DNA from: Neocallimastix sp. 'constans'
Taxonomy: Eukaryota
NCBI GenBank assembly: GCA_050613775.1
Contig: JBODTK010000112.1
Coordinates: forward strand, 372,001-436,000
Direction of reading: 5' to 3'
DNA length: 64,000 nucleotides
Shown: one piece after another, positions 1 through 13,782 of the stretch
Layout: every line of letters starts with the position of its first letter
Numbering within the stretch: position 1 is the stretch's first letter
The notes under the pieces: model-generated
Seen by the model: only the letters and a program-made list of their open reading frames with translations
The model's database searches: none
What the model was told of the DNA's origin: nothing
Position numbers and translations under genes: made by a program

Positions 1-567
1 AACATAAGGTTTGAAACACTTTTAAATAAAATTAGAATTGATTTAAATAAGGAAGTTATAATCTCTTATTATATTAATGCATTTCGGACTTTAACTAAAA
101 CCTATGAGGCTTTATTAGAAGCAGAACCGCAAAACTTAAAAGATGCAATGCAAATAACGTCTAAAAAGGAGAAGATATATAAATTAGTAGAATCAAATAG
201 GTCTAAAGATAAAGGAGAATCAAACAAAAGAAAAATAAAATCTAACACTCAAAATAATTATGGAACATATTATACAAGTACTTATAATAAAAATAATTCA
301 TTTAATAATAAGAATAATAATATAAATAATAGTCACAACAATAATTACCAAAAATATAATAATAATATAAAACCTACTCATAATTATATTAATCAAAATG
401 TTGAAAATAGAAAAGTCACATTGAAACCTACACAACTTCAAGATGATGAATTACAAGAAATAACTCAGAAACTTGCTGATTTAAAAATCAATGTATGCTT
501 AAATTGTCAAAGAATAGGTCATGTTAAAGATGATTGCCCTGAATTAGAAGAAGAGTGTTTAAATTAA
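1..567 (+). CDS. gag: Gag C-terminal part (capsid C-terminus, N-rich linker, zinc knuckle); 5'-partial
   Basis: Frame 1 is open from base 1 (NIRFETLLNKIRIDLNKEVIISYYINAF...) to TAA at 565-567. It contains the knuckle CLNCQRIGHVKDDC (CX2CX4HX4C). Confidence 0.9.
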   Translation, partial: NIRFETLLNKIRIDLNKEVIISYYINAFRTLTKTYEALLEAEPQNLKDAMQITSKKEKIYKLVESNRSKDKGESNKRKIKSNTQNNYGTYYTSTYNKNNSFNNKNNNINNSHNNNYQKYNNNIKPTHNYINQNVENRKVTLKPTQLQDDELQEITQKLADLKINVCLNCQRIGHVKDDCPELEEECLN

Positions 568-3500
568 ATTATGGGAGTAAGCAATCTCCCAAAATAACTA
601 AAATTGCATCATCAAATCAATCAATAAATTACCTTAATAACGAAAATAATCAAATCCCTCAAATTAATGTAGCCCAGAAAAAGAAAGTGCCTACAAGTAC
701 TTTGGATAAGAATAAAATCTCTCCAAATAATAAAAGTATAGTTAAACCATCCATTCTCAATCAACCAAATATTAAGAAAGTTAAACATCAAAAGAAAGCA
801 ATTAGGAATACAAGAAGAAGAAAAATAAGTGAAGAACTTAATAATGAAAAACAAAATGACCATGAATTAAATGATAATGAGGAAATTATTATTGATGAAC
901 CATATAATACAAAGGAAAATACAAAAGATTCTGAAATGAAAAATAATTCAGAAATCAATAATGGAAATAATAATGAAAGTAATAATGAAAATAATAAAAA
1001 TAATGTAATTAACATAATTGATGAACATAGAAAAATAAATAATGAAAGTAATACCAAAGACGTTCTAACACATAGTCAATCTCTCAGTCAAACTAAACAA
1101 ACCAGAAAAAGAAGTATGACAGATATACAAATGTTAGAATCAGGTAATAAATTTAGTATAATTAAGGAAGCCAACAACTTGTTTCCGAAAATTAGTCTTG
1201 CACAATTACTTTCTATTAGTCCTACTCTTAGGAAGGAATTAGGACAAGGTTGTAAGCCAAAGATAGAAAATGTATTATGCTCTCTTTATAATATTCCTAT
1301 TCCAATCTTCATTGGAAAAACGAAAGAAGTATTTTTAAAAATTCTTTACGATACAGGAGCAAATGTAAATGTTATAACAACAGGATGTTTAAATAAATTT
1401 AATGATGTGAAAATTGAAGAAGATATAATAGAACAAAATATTACTTTAGCAAATGGATCTACAGTACCTACTAAATACTATGTTCCATTGAAAATTAACA
1501 TTAATGATTCTTGCAACATTTATGAAAAATTTTATATTATAAATCAAGATAATCCATACTTTGATATTATTTTTGGAAGAAGTATCCAAAAGAAATATAG
1601 ATTACTTATTGATCCAGATGATGATTTCATATATCAGAAAACAAGAAAAGGTCTTAAAAAGATAATCCAGATAATTAACTCAAATAACACAAATAATATT
1701 CCCTTAATGAATGCTATTTATGTATCTAAAGAAGATGAAGAAATTCGTGAATTTAACTCTACCTTAAACGAAATTCTCAATTCTGTTCCAGATAAAGTTA
1801 AATCAAAATTTGAAAGTCTTATTAATCAATACAAAAATTGTATGGCAACATCACTAAGTCAGCTAACAACTGCTAACCTTGAACCACATTCAATAATTAC
1901 TACTACGGAAAAACCTATTAAGCTAAAACCTTATAAATTATCAAAAGAGCATTCTGATATTCTAAAAGAAGAAATTATATCCTTACTTAATAAAGGCTTA
2001 ATTATTCCCTCGCATTCTCCTTGGTCATTTCCTGTTTTATTAGTCAGAAAGAAAAATGGGAAATGGAGACTATGTATAGATTACAGAAGGCTTAATGAAA
2101 TCACTATTAAAGATTCATATGCACTTCCTTTCATCGATGAACTTGTCTCTTCAGTTAGAGGTGCTAAAATATTTTCAGCCCTTGACTTATATTCGGGTTA
2201 TCACCAAATCCCAATGAATCCCAGAGATATCGAAAAAACTTCTTTCACAACAAAATTTGGAAACTATAATTTTGTTGTTATGCCTATCGGTTTAACTAAT
2301 GCTCCCGCTACCTTTCAAAGGGAGATGAACAGAATCCTTTTACCCCTCATTGGTAAATGCTTATTCGTTTACATCGATGACATAGTTATATATTCTACTT
2401 CTATTGAAAAACATCTTGAACATTTAAAACAAGTATTTGAAATATTCTCCAAGTATAATCTCTCCCTCAATCTTCAAAAATGCAAATTTTTCCAAGAATC
2501 AATTGAAGTCTTAGGTCATGTTCTTACCCCTAATGGTTTAAAAACTGTTCCTTCTAAAGTTCAAAGTATAGCCCTTTGGGAAGCTCCCAAAAATGTTAAT
2601 GAACTCAGGTCTTTCCTTGGTCTTGCTAGTTATTACAGAAAATTTATACAAAATTTCTCTATTAGAGCTGACTCTCTTTTTAAACTTCTTAAGAAAAATC
2701 AACCATATATATGGACTTCTGATCATAATGAAGCTTTTGAAGACATACGTCACTGTTTATTGTCTGACCCTATATTATGTTATCCTGACTTTGATAAAGA
2801 ATTTATTGTTAGAACAGACGCCTCTACTCATGGTATCGGTGCTGTCCTCTTACAGGTGGAGGAAGACAAATTGGAACACCCAATTTGTTGTGTAAGTCGT
2901 ACTTTATCACCTCCAGAAAGAAATTACTCTGTAACTGATCTTGAAGGTTTGGCTATTAATTACGCAATCCAAAAATTCCGTCAGTACTTAATTAGTAACA
3001 AGAAACCAACTATATTCATTACGGATCATAAACCACTCTTAGGATTTTACAAAAATACTATTCCAAATAAAGGAAGACACATGCGTTGGATAGAAGAATT
3101 TAACAAATATAAAATTGAACTAAAATATGAAAAAGGAAAGAAAAATGTTTTCGCAGACGCTCTTTCAAGACTACCTTCAAAAGACAGCGAAGATATTATA
3201 AAATGTATTAATACAATTTTAGCTGATCTTAATCCAAAAGATTTAAACCTACCAGAAGGAATAATCAAATACTTCACTAAGAATTATCAAGTTGTTGATA
3301 ACATCTTATATTATAAGAAAGATGATACTTATTTAAAAGTTATCTACCGTGATGAAGACAAAAAGGATATAATTAATCGTGCTCATTCTGTAGGACATGA
3401 AGGAGCCGAAAAAACTGTAAACAGAATACTAAATTCATATTATTGGCCCGGCATTTGGAATGACGTTAGGATGTGGATCAAATCTTGCAGAAAATGTCAA

Positions 3501-4434
3501 CTTTGTAGACCAAAACCAATCCCAAAAAACACTGCAGATAATGTAACACCAGTTGAACAACCATTTACTCGTGTTGGACTTGATACGATTGGTCCTCTTC
3601 CAATTACTAAAAATGGAAATATGTATATTATTACATTGGTTGACTACTTCACAAAATGGGTTGAAGCTAAAGCCATTCCAAACACAAAGACTGAAGAAGT
3701 TATAAAATTTTTAACTGAAGTTATATCAAGACATGGTCCTCCAGAAATAATTGTTACAGATAATGGAAGTTCGTTCGCATCAGATATTACTAAAATGATG
3801 ATCGATCTTTATGGGTCATGGGTGCACTTTGTATCTCCACATCATCCAGAATCAAATGGTATGATTGAAAACCGTAATAGAGAAGTAGAGAAAATTCTAA
3901 GACTCTTAATTGAAAACGAAAGTGAATGGGATGAATATTTACCATCCGCACTTTGGGCTCTTAGAACAACAAAAAAATTCCAAAACAAAATTTAGCAGCT
4001 TTGAATTACTTTATGGGAGAAAAGACACCTGGCCATTAGAAGTAATGTTTCCAGATATTTACAAAGATCCAAATGAAACAGATGAAGAATATATTTTTAG
4101 AAGATTCCTAAGACATCAGAATTGGGTGAAACAAGCAACAGAATATTCGGATTACGCAAATCAATATTGGGAACATCGCATTGGACTATCGAAATCACTA
4201 AAGAAAAATTATAAACCCGGAGATTACGTGATGATAAGATTAATTGGAAGAAGTAAATTAAATCCTTACTTTTATGGACCATATAAAGTAGTTAACAAAC
4301 AAAAATTCAATACAGTTGTCCTCGAAGATCCTCAAACAGGAAAACTTCTTGATCGAAATGTACATATTAAAAATGTTTTTCCTTATATCATTCCAGAAAA
4401 AGAATTAACTTCAAGGGACGAAGTTCAATCTTAA
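555..4434 (+). CDS. pol: Pol polyprotein (aspartic protease, RT, RNase H, integrase with GPY/F motif), in the -1 frame relative to gag; broken by a 1-nt insertion at ~3971-3977
   Basis: Motifs: LYDTGA (protease); LCIDYRRLN and VYIDD (RT); RTDAS and ITDHKPL (RNase H); H..H..C..C zinc finger, VTDNG and SNGMIE (integrase). ORF 3910-4434 continues the integrase (NSKTKFSSFELLYG, YGPYKV) once one A is removed from the A7 run. Confidence 0.92.
558..607 (+). promoter_or_regulatory. Predicted -1 programmed ribosomal frameshift signal (slippery heptamer plus H-type pseudoknot)
   Basis: T TTA AAT at 558-564 in the gag frame, then a 7-nt spacer. Stem 1 is TGGGAG (572-577) with CTCCCA (586-591). Stem 2 is GCAAT (581-585) with ATTGC (603-607). 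Confidence 0.75.
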
Positions 4435-4446
4435 CCGCCGAGGAAT

Positions 4447-4963
4447 TGATAAATAACAAAATTAATAAATCTTAAAAATATATTATACATAAAATCGAAA
4501 CTAACCTTAGCCAAGTTTAATAATAATTTAATAAAAAAAAAAAAAAAAAAAAAAAAAATTTAAAAATTAATTAATTAATTAATTAAATAAAACAAATAAA
4601 TTACACTTAAAAATTACATTAATACTCAGATATGAAAGAAATATTATATATTTTTCAAAATAAAAATATTAAGATTAAATTTAAAATAAAATAATTAATT
4701 TTTATAATTAGTTTTATAATAATTTTTATAATTAATTTTATAATTAAATAATATTTTTATAATAACAAAATTAATTAATTTAAATAACAAAATATTTTTT
4801 TAATTATTTTTATAATAAACAAATTTATTTATTTTATTATTAATTATTTATTTTATTATTAATTTTATTACTTTTATTTTATTTAATTATTCTTTTTATT
4901 TATAAATTATAAATAGTTTAATTTTAAAGAAAAATATAAATACTTGTAAATATTTCATGTAAA

Positions 4964-4994
<31 letters not shown>

Positions 4995-5229
4995 TAATTT
5001 TATAATTTTAATAATCACTTTTAATTTTTATAATGTTTAATAAATTTCAATAAAAGATTTATAAAATAAAATATTAGAAAACAAGTGTTCTAATAAATCA
5101 AATTTTTAGTGTTATTTTTAATAAAACATTTTTAATTCATAAATAACTTATACAGTTATTATTAAAATAAATTGAAATTATCACTTTTTAATTCTATATT
5201 AAAATTAAGATAATTTCTAAAATTTATCA
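4447..5229 (+). repeat. Probable 3' LTR of the Gypsy element
   Basis: Starts TGATAAAT after a short purine-rich stretch (GAGGAA) and ends ATTTATCA. The 5' LTR is outside the window, so the right end is unverified; alternative TATCA ends are at 5183 and 5334. Confidence 0.5.
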
Positions 5230-5984
5230 TTAATTATTTGTTTTAAAACTTTATTGAAAAATAATACTAAATATTAAAATAATAAAATAATTGTAATTAT
5301 TAATTCTGTTATAATATATTAGATTTTGATATCAGCAATTGTTAATGAATTATTGAGTCATGAGACTCTTAATCTGTTAAATATAACACTTAAATTCAGA
5401 AATGATATTTATATTTTATTATGTTTTTATTTATTTATTTATTTATTTATTTATTGCTTTTACATTTAGAAAGACCTTATTCATTTAAGAATATGTTATT
5501 ACATGTTATTTATATTTATTTTCTAGTCTAACATTATTGGTAACATTTAACGTTACACTGCATTATATTATCGAATAAAAAAATATTTTACACTTAATAA
5601 TGTAGTATAATGTACAATGTAATTAAACACATAACTGTGATATTTAACATATAATTAATAATAATTCTATATATATATATATAATAATTTAAAAGATGTA
5701 AAGGATAATAATTTAAAATATAACTATTAAAATTAAAAATAATTAAAAAATAATTGTTATAAAGATTAAAAAATAATATATAAATAATTAATTGATCATT
5801 TTACACCTTTTAAGTCCTTGAGCAGTATTTTAGAAAAATCTTAAATTACTAATAAGTTTTTTTAATAAAAGAAATATTTATAAATAATTCAGTAAAAAAA
5901 AAAAAAAAAAAAAAAAAGATGAGGACATCATAAAAAAGGGAGTTAAAAGTAGCACAAAGTTAGGAATGATTTTAGGTGGTATCT

Positions 5985-6470
5985 ATTTTTTTTTATTTTT
6001 TATTTTATATTTTATATTTTATATTTTTATTTTTTATTTAATATTTTTTTTATTTTTTTTTATTTTTTATTTTATATTTTTTTTTTTATTTTTTTTTTTT
6101 ATATTTTTATTTTTTTTTTATTTTATATTTTTTATATTTTTTATATTTTTTATTTTATATTTTATATTTTATATTTTTATTTTATATTTTTTTTTATTTT
6201 ATATTTTTTATTTTATATTTTATAATTCTTTTTTTTTATTTTTTTTTATTATTTATTTATATTTATTTTTTACTATTTTTTTTATCTATTTTTTATTTAT
6301 TTTTTATATTATTTACTTATTTTTTATATTATTTATTTATTTTTTATATTATTTATTTATTTTTTATATTATTTATTTATTTTTTATATTATTTATTTAT
6401 TTTTTATATTATTTATTTATTTTTTATATTATTTATTTATTTTTTATATTATTTATTTATTTTTTAAATT
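5985..6470. repeat. T-rich low-complexity tract ending in tandem ~20-bp units (TTTTTATATTATTTATTTAT)
   Basis: Periodicity is directly visible, clearest at ~6290-6460. Confidence 0.8.
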
Positions 6471-8322
6471 AATTATATATTTTTTCAGATTATTTATTAG
6501 GTTGTTTATTTATTTTTTATATTATTAATTAATTATTTATTTATTTCTCAAAATTTCTCAATATAATTATTTTAATTTTAAAGACAAATAAAAATATTAT
6601 TAGATTAATAATAATAATAATTCTTTCATATTTAATTAAAATATTATTATATTAAAACTTTTATATTTAATTAAAATATAATTATTATATAAATATATTA
6701 TTATTATATAAATATCTAAATATTATTATTAATATTATTATTATTATTATTATATAAATAATTAAATTAAATAAGTTATGAAAGAAAAGTAATATATATA
6801 AAATAAATATATATATATTTTGAGTAATAAGAATATAAAAAATTATACATATAGAGTAGTATAAATGAAAATAAAAGTATTAAATTGAAAAGAAAATGTT
6901 AAGTTGATGAATATAAGGGAATCATATTTTTTTTTAATATTAAATTGACTTATAATATAATGAATTATTATTTATATTAATTTTGATATTAGAATTGATA
7001 AATATATATCATTTTAAAATATATGATATATAAATATTTGAAAAAAAAAAATAAAATAAAATAAAATAAAAATAACATTAAAAGAGTTTTATATAAATAT
7101 TTTTTAATATATTAATTTTATATTAATTTTATTGTATAATACATGGTTAAATTAAATTGTTAGTGAACAAAATTGTATTTATTATTTCTATTGGTAAAAA
7201 AAAATTAGTATAAAAATATTTTTAAACATAATTCTGATAATAATATTTTGTATAACAATTTTATAAAAAAATATATATATATATATACCACAGGGAAAAG
7301 ATGAACGTATTTCTGACCTTAAAATACAAGCTTTCTTATAATTTAGTTTAATATAATTTTGTATATAAATTTTTTAGTATATTAAACATGAAAAAATTAT
7401 TATAAAAGAATATAACTATATTATTTATATATATCTTTTATTAGTTTATATATATTATGAATTTTTTTTTTCTATGAATTATAATAGTTTTATAGAGTAT
7501 CCAAAAATTATAAATTTTTTGAATTAAATACAAAATGTATTTATATTTTATGATATTTTATTTAATTTTTTTTATTAAAACTTTGGATTTTTCGTATTAC
7601 TGTATTATTTATTTTATTTTTATTATTATTTATTATTAATAATTTTATTTTTATTATTTTTCCATTATTTGATTTTGAAATTTACTATAAACTCTCTAAA
7701 ATGTATTTGTTTCGTAAATTATTCATTTAATCATTATTTTATTAATTACTCCGAACTACTTGGTAGGTCCATATATTAAGTTTATCATAATGATCAAGTA
7801 TTCTCTCTTGGTTATCTATCTATAATCTAAAATTAATAAATGCATATTCTAAGATTATATATAGAGGTTAAATTTGAGTCTAAAATATACTTTATATGCC
7901 CATATTCAGCTTAAAGCACTATATTTTTATTTCCCTAAATTAGTCGAATTTGGACAACCAAAAATTCATGTAATTTAAAGTCAAATTATTTATTAACAGT
8001 TTTTTTTCTAATTTTTATGATATTTTTTGATAATTTTGAAGACAGTATTAAATATTTTTTGTATTTTATTTATTTATTTATTTATTTTAGTCTTAGCACA
8101 TGTTTTGTATTTTAAATAAAATGTCTTATTAGAAGACAATAAAGTTTTGCTTTTGAAATTCAATTGATTCATTCAAAGAAAGAGAGAGAGAAAATAGATG
8201 ATTTATTAATTTTTTCAAAATTTCATGTAAAGAAAGACTTCTTTCTATATTTTATGTGACTTTTATAATTATTTTATTATTATTATTATACCAATTGTTA
8301 TTGGTATTATTTATTAATATAT

Positions 8323-8366
<44 letters not shown>

Positions 8367-8599
8367 AATTTCCTAAATATATATATAGTAAAAATAATCC
8401 AGATAATAATTATTATGCTTAAAACTTCAATACTTTAAAACAAAAATAAACTAAAAAAAAAAAAATAAAATAAAAAAGCATAAAAATAACGATATAAAAA
8501 TAATTCAACATAGTATAAAACTTCAATACTTCAAAATAAAAACAAAAATAAACAAAATAACAAAAAAACTAAAACTAAAAATAAAAAAAAGTGTAAAAA

Positions 8600-10450
8600 T
8601 AAAGATATAAAAATATGTAAAAGGAAAAGTTAATGTTTCACATCTGCCTAATAATAGTAATAATAATAATAATTCTAATAAACCTATAAACGAATTTAAT
8701 AATTCTAACAATCCTAATGCTAATCCTGATGAAGAAGTGGAAATAATTGATATTGATTATTTACTTGATGATATTGATAATACTATGAAAAAACGTAGTG
8801 AAGATAATAATATAATAAGTTATTATTATAAATTAAAATTAACTGATAAAAGAGAATTAAAAATTATTGATAATTGGGAGAATCTATTCGGAGTAATTTA
8901 TTAGTATGGAAAAAAATTATTATATATTATATAAAAAAATATTATAATATAATATATATATTGAACCTTTAGTTTATACTATATATCATCATGTAATGAA
9001 GAAATGAGATTATCATATGCTTATAATTCACATAGTTATGAACAAAAACATGATAATATTATTGTAAATCCATGTTATTATAATTTTTTATCTAAAGAAA
9101 AATTAGTATGTTAATACTGTTCATTTATCATTTAATGAAATTCAATTAGTATGGAAATTAGGATATAATGAATATACAATTGAATCATGTGAAAAAACAA
9201 AAGAATTAAAACTTCTAGATAATGGATTAAAATTAATATGTAAAGATAGATCTAAAGATATTTCTGTATTACCTTGAAATAAGAATTATACATTAACTAT
9301 TAAAGAAAATTTAATATATGAAGATTTTTATAATAATTATTATGGATATGGAAACTCATACAATTGAATGGGCTTTTGAACCAATAAGAAGATTAATATC
9401 ATTGAAAAATAAAGAATCAATATATATGAATAAAATAATTATAGCTAATAATTTTACTACTTATGATGGATTATATATTATAAGACTGAAAAAGATAAAT
9501 TTATACTTATATCCAATGATTTTGGTTTATAGTTAATAGATAAAGGTTATCTTGCTTATGTATATCAAATAAGTAGAAATGAAACCGCTTTTGTTATAAA
9601 TGAAAATGTTATTGTTAATAATGTTAAAAATATGAAATTAGAATATAACAGCTAAATAAATGCTTTAATGTTATCCAATGAATTAGGTAATTATATATGG
9701 AAATACTATGGCTATATATATTGTGATAAATTAATATCCAATAATGAAAAATATAATACTATTTATTTTCTTTCATCTATAGAAAAAAATGAACATCTGT
9801 GGTTACAATTAATATCTAATGGAAAATTGTATTATTCACTCATGTTTGAATTATTAGATATTCAACACTATTTAAATATTACTGATCCTACTTATACATT
9901 AAAATTAAAATAATGCAGGTGATATTGTTATTAATGATTATAAATTTTTTTTATCAAGAATATTATAAATATAAAGATTATTATACCTTAGAATTAATTG
10001 ATGGTAATAATAAGGATTATAATTTAATTAATGAAATAAATTATGCAAATGAAAATGGTGAAATTGTAATTAATAATAATATTAATAATGAAATAACATT
10101 AGTATTAAAATCTTTAAGAAGCGAATATAAATAGTGTAATAATTATATCTATAATAGACCATTATATGCATCTAAATTATTTATTAACGATTTATTTACT
10201 AAAGGTGAAATGCAATATTGTAACATTATTCATTAATTATATTAGATGGTGTAACTAAAGAAATAGTATATGAAGTTCCTATAATGTAAATTTAGTTGAA
10301 TTAGTCATTACTGACAGAAATTTAATATTAATTTTTGATAATAAAGTACAATATGAATTAACTAGTAGATTATCTAATAGAAATATAAATATATTTTTAT
10401 AATGTAATTTTAATGATACTTCGGTATATTGGGATGGTGGTAATGATAAG
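8600..10450 (+). pseudogene. Decayed protein-coding gene, possibly with bulb-type (B-type) lectin-like repeats
   Basis: Coding-like fragments broken by stops and frameshifts, with recurring Y-T/K-L-K/E-L...G..W/I-type motifs: YKLKLTDKRELKIIDN, LMLSNELGNYIWKY, LQLISNGKLYY, TYTLKL-NAGDIVIND, YTLELIDG. The family call is a by-eye resemblance only. Confidence 0.35.
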
Positions 10451-11339
10451 GTATAACAATATTATGTAAAGTTAAATATTGTGATAGACATAATAAAAAA
10501 CAACATTGGAAATTTATATCTGATATAAACTATATTTTAAATAAATATTAATTAATAAATATATTATTAGCTATATAAATCCAAATAATATTATCAAAAA
10601 AATGAAATAAAATAATTTAGATAAATATTACTTAGAAATCACAATATTTAAAATTATTCAAATAATTTTTAAAATAAATAAAATCTATTATGTAGTTTAT
10701 ATAATTCTCTATATTATAATATATATATATATATATATATAAAGTATCTAAATAAATAAATATATTTTAAAATATAAAAGAATATAAATATATAAATAAA
10801 GATATTTTTTAAAATAAAAAAAATTTATAAATAAAATATCTGAATAAACAAAAATATTTTTTAAAATAAAATAACAAGAATATAAATAAAATATCTTAAT
10901 AAGTAAAAAGTAAAGATATTTTTTTCTTATTTTCAATATTGTGTTTTTTATTCGAAAAACTAGAGTTTTTTATGAAGATTATTAATTTAAAATATATTTG
11001 TGAGTATATAGTAGTATATTTTTGTTTAGAAAATTTTAATTAATAAAAAGAATTAATTAGTTAATAAATATAAAAATTAAAATTATTGTAAACGTTAAAT
11101 CAATTAAATAAAGTCAAATAAAAAAAAATAGAAATACTTTTTATTTCTCTCTTTAACTAATTGAAATATCATTACTGTTTTTCGTAAATATCAGCTATTT
11201 TTTATTTCATTATAATAGTATAAATTATTATTTATTTATTTAATATCTTATTTATTTTAGTAAATTATTATTTATGTTTTAATTTATTAATATTTTATTG
11301 ATATTTCAATATCTATTTACAGTATAAACTATTTAAATT

Positions 11340-13020
11340 AAAATGATTTTTTTGAAATAAATTAAATTTATACAAATATATTATTAAAAAGTTGTTTGAA
11401 TTATTTATCACTTTTAATGTTTCAAGTAAAATTACTGCTATACCTCAAATTTTTACGAAGAATAATGAAACATTTATCTGGACATATGAATATTTAGATA
11501 GTTGTTTAAATGGTTCAGATTTTGTAGATGAAAAAGATATTACGATATTTGTGATAATACTAAAAATAACAAAAGGCATCTTGATGAAAATGATGATGTA
11601 ATTTATTTTAAATCTGTTACTCATAAGGAAATGTGTATATCAACTATTAATAATAAAATAGTATTAAGCAAATGTGATGAAAATGATTTATAAAATATAT
11701 TGAAATATCTAAATTTATAGAAAGTAATAATAGGCGTTTAAGTGTTATTGAGGATGAAAATGATCCAGATTAAATAGCATTAAAAATTGTTCAAAAACAT
11801 CGAAAAATCACCAGAGAATCTTTAAATATATGAAATATTGAAGTAAATTATATGAAAGTAACACTTGATGTCCTTCATATACATGATGATGATGATTTAA
11901 CGCAAGATACTACAACAACACTACCAAATTTAAAATTTAAATCAACTTCATCGCAAAATATTTAAAATAATTATACTAATATTTATAGCGATCCCTTTTG
12001 TAAAAGGGGATTGTTATAATCTTATAATATTAAATATTATTGTTGTAAATTGAATCATTGCTTTAATTAAATAAATAAATAATCAGGGAACTCCAGATGG
12101 ACTTTTATTTATCTATTTCAATACCATTGATGAAGTTGATATATATAACTTTCCCGCGTTACATTGTGTTATGGGTTATCATTATATACATAATACAGAA
12201 TCTTCTATGGAAGGAATATCAATATTTTCCAATTTAGAAAAAAAAGTAGATAAAAAAATCAAAGATGTTGATCGTCTTCTTCCTTATCATTATCATTCTC
12301 ATCATAATTATGATGATTACGAATTCGCTGAACTAAACGAAATTCGATAGGAAAGAGATAGGAAACTCTTGAATTTTACATTTATTGCAGGAGATAAAAG
12401 ACTCTATCCAAATATGATGGAATATTTAAATTTATTTAATGATTCAAGTAACAAAAATGAATTAAAGATAAAGGTTCTTCTTGGAAGTGACATAGTATCC
12501 GAAAGTGTTGATATTATGAATGTTCGGCTATTACATGTATTAACATCGTATTATGAAAAAGATAAATTAAATTATTGGACGTATTCGACAAGTCGGTTCC
12601 CATGATTCTATTCCTCCAGGTCAACGATTTGTTAATATTTATTTGTACATGGAATGTGATGACGAAGTCGAATATTCTAATTATATAAATTACAGTATAT
12701 ATTACTTCAAATATATTATATGTGAAAATAAATATAAAAATATAATCAAGTACTACTAAACGTCTTTCATTGAATCTTTGGTCTATGCTCATCCTAATTT
12801 AAATAATCCCTAAAATACTAGCTGTCTTATTAATAAAGGAGAGAATAAACCTTTTAACATTGAATCAAACTTGAGTGAAAGTAGAATGATGATCAATACA
12901 GGTATAGATATAGATACAAATGCTCATGAAGTTACTATTACGCTCAAATATTTTAATGGAAATAAGTTATCTTGCGATATAATTTTCCAATTTATAACAA
13001 TGATCAAAATTAATAAATAA
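11340..13020 (+). pseudogene. Decayed gene for a possibly secreted protein; possible N-terminal ricin-B-like lectin domain
   Basis: Fragments ITAIPQIFTKNNETFIWTYEYLDSCLNGS and FKSVTHKEMCISTINNKIVLSKCDEN, then further coding-like pieces (ORF 12369-12605) interrupted by stops. Confidence 0.3.
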
Positions 13021-13782
13021 ACTAAAAATCATAAAGTTATATTTATGAAAGGTTAATATTAAAAGCTGGTAAATTATTTATTTAAACAATAAGTACAAAA
13101 TGATATAAACATAAAAAATATACGATCAATTTATTAAATATTCTTTTATTGAAATATTAATCATTCCACTTCCGATAATTTTCGAAATATTAGTTTTACA
13201 TGTAATTTTATATATGTTTATAGAAAAGAACAACCTTTGGAAATGATCACATCTGATATAATAATGAATAATATAAACTATAAAAATATAAATAATATAT
13301 TAAATATATTATACAACATATAATTATATTAATGCTTATTCATTATTTTATTTATATCATTGTTATTGAAAATTAAATAATAATAAAAATAATAATAATT
13401 ATATATTATCAATTATCAATTATAGAACAAAAAACTTAAAATCAAATTAATGTTTTTTAATTATTTTAATATTTTATTTCATTATTTTTTAATTTTTAAA
13501 TTTCATTATTTTTAATTTTATTTATTTTTTTTTTTTTTATTTCTTATATTATATTATTATAATTATTATTTATAAATAAATATTATTCTACATTTTTTTT
13601 GTTTATATTGTTTTTTTTATATATTGATTTTCTGGCTTATTTCTATATTTATATTTTACATGTAAATATATAAAATTTTTATAATGATCTTTTTTTTGTT
13701 TTATTATATTATTTATTATTTATATATATATTTATATTATAAATAAGTTTTAATATTAAATTATTTAAATATTAAAGATTTC

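Larger units (their letters stand above)
1..5229 (+). mobile_element. Ty3/Gypsy LTR retrotransposon; its 5' part lies left of the window
   Basis: gag (CCHC knuckle) is followed by pol in the Gypsy order PR-RT-RNaseH-IN. A probable 3' LTR starts at TGATAAAT (4447), just after the integrase stop. Its right end is placed tentatively at the 8-bp inverted copy ATTTATCA (5222-5229). Confidence 0.9.

Noticed and set aside
5350..5372. TTATTGAGTCATGAGACTC, similar to an inverted copy at ~47941-47960 and containing TGAGTCA (AP-1/Gcn4-like)
   Set aside because: Short match in AT-rich DNA; an old repeat remnant, a binding site and chance cannot be distinguished.
5966..6472. 168-aa F/I/Y/L-rich ORF resembling a membrane protein
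   Set aside because: It is the translation of a T-rich simple repeat with no sequence complexity.
7285..8200. Patches of slightly more complex sequence
   Set aside because: No ORF, motif or terminal repeat could be recognised.
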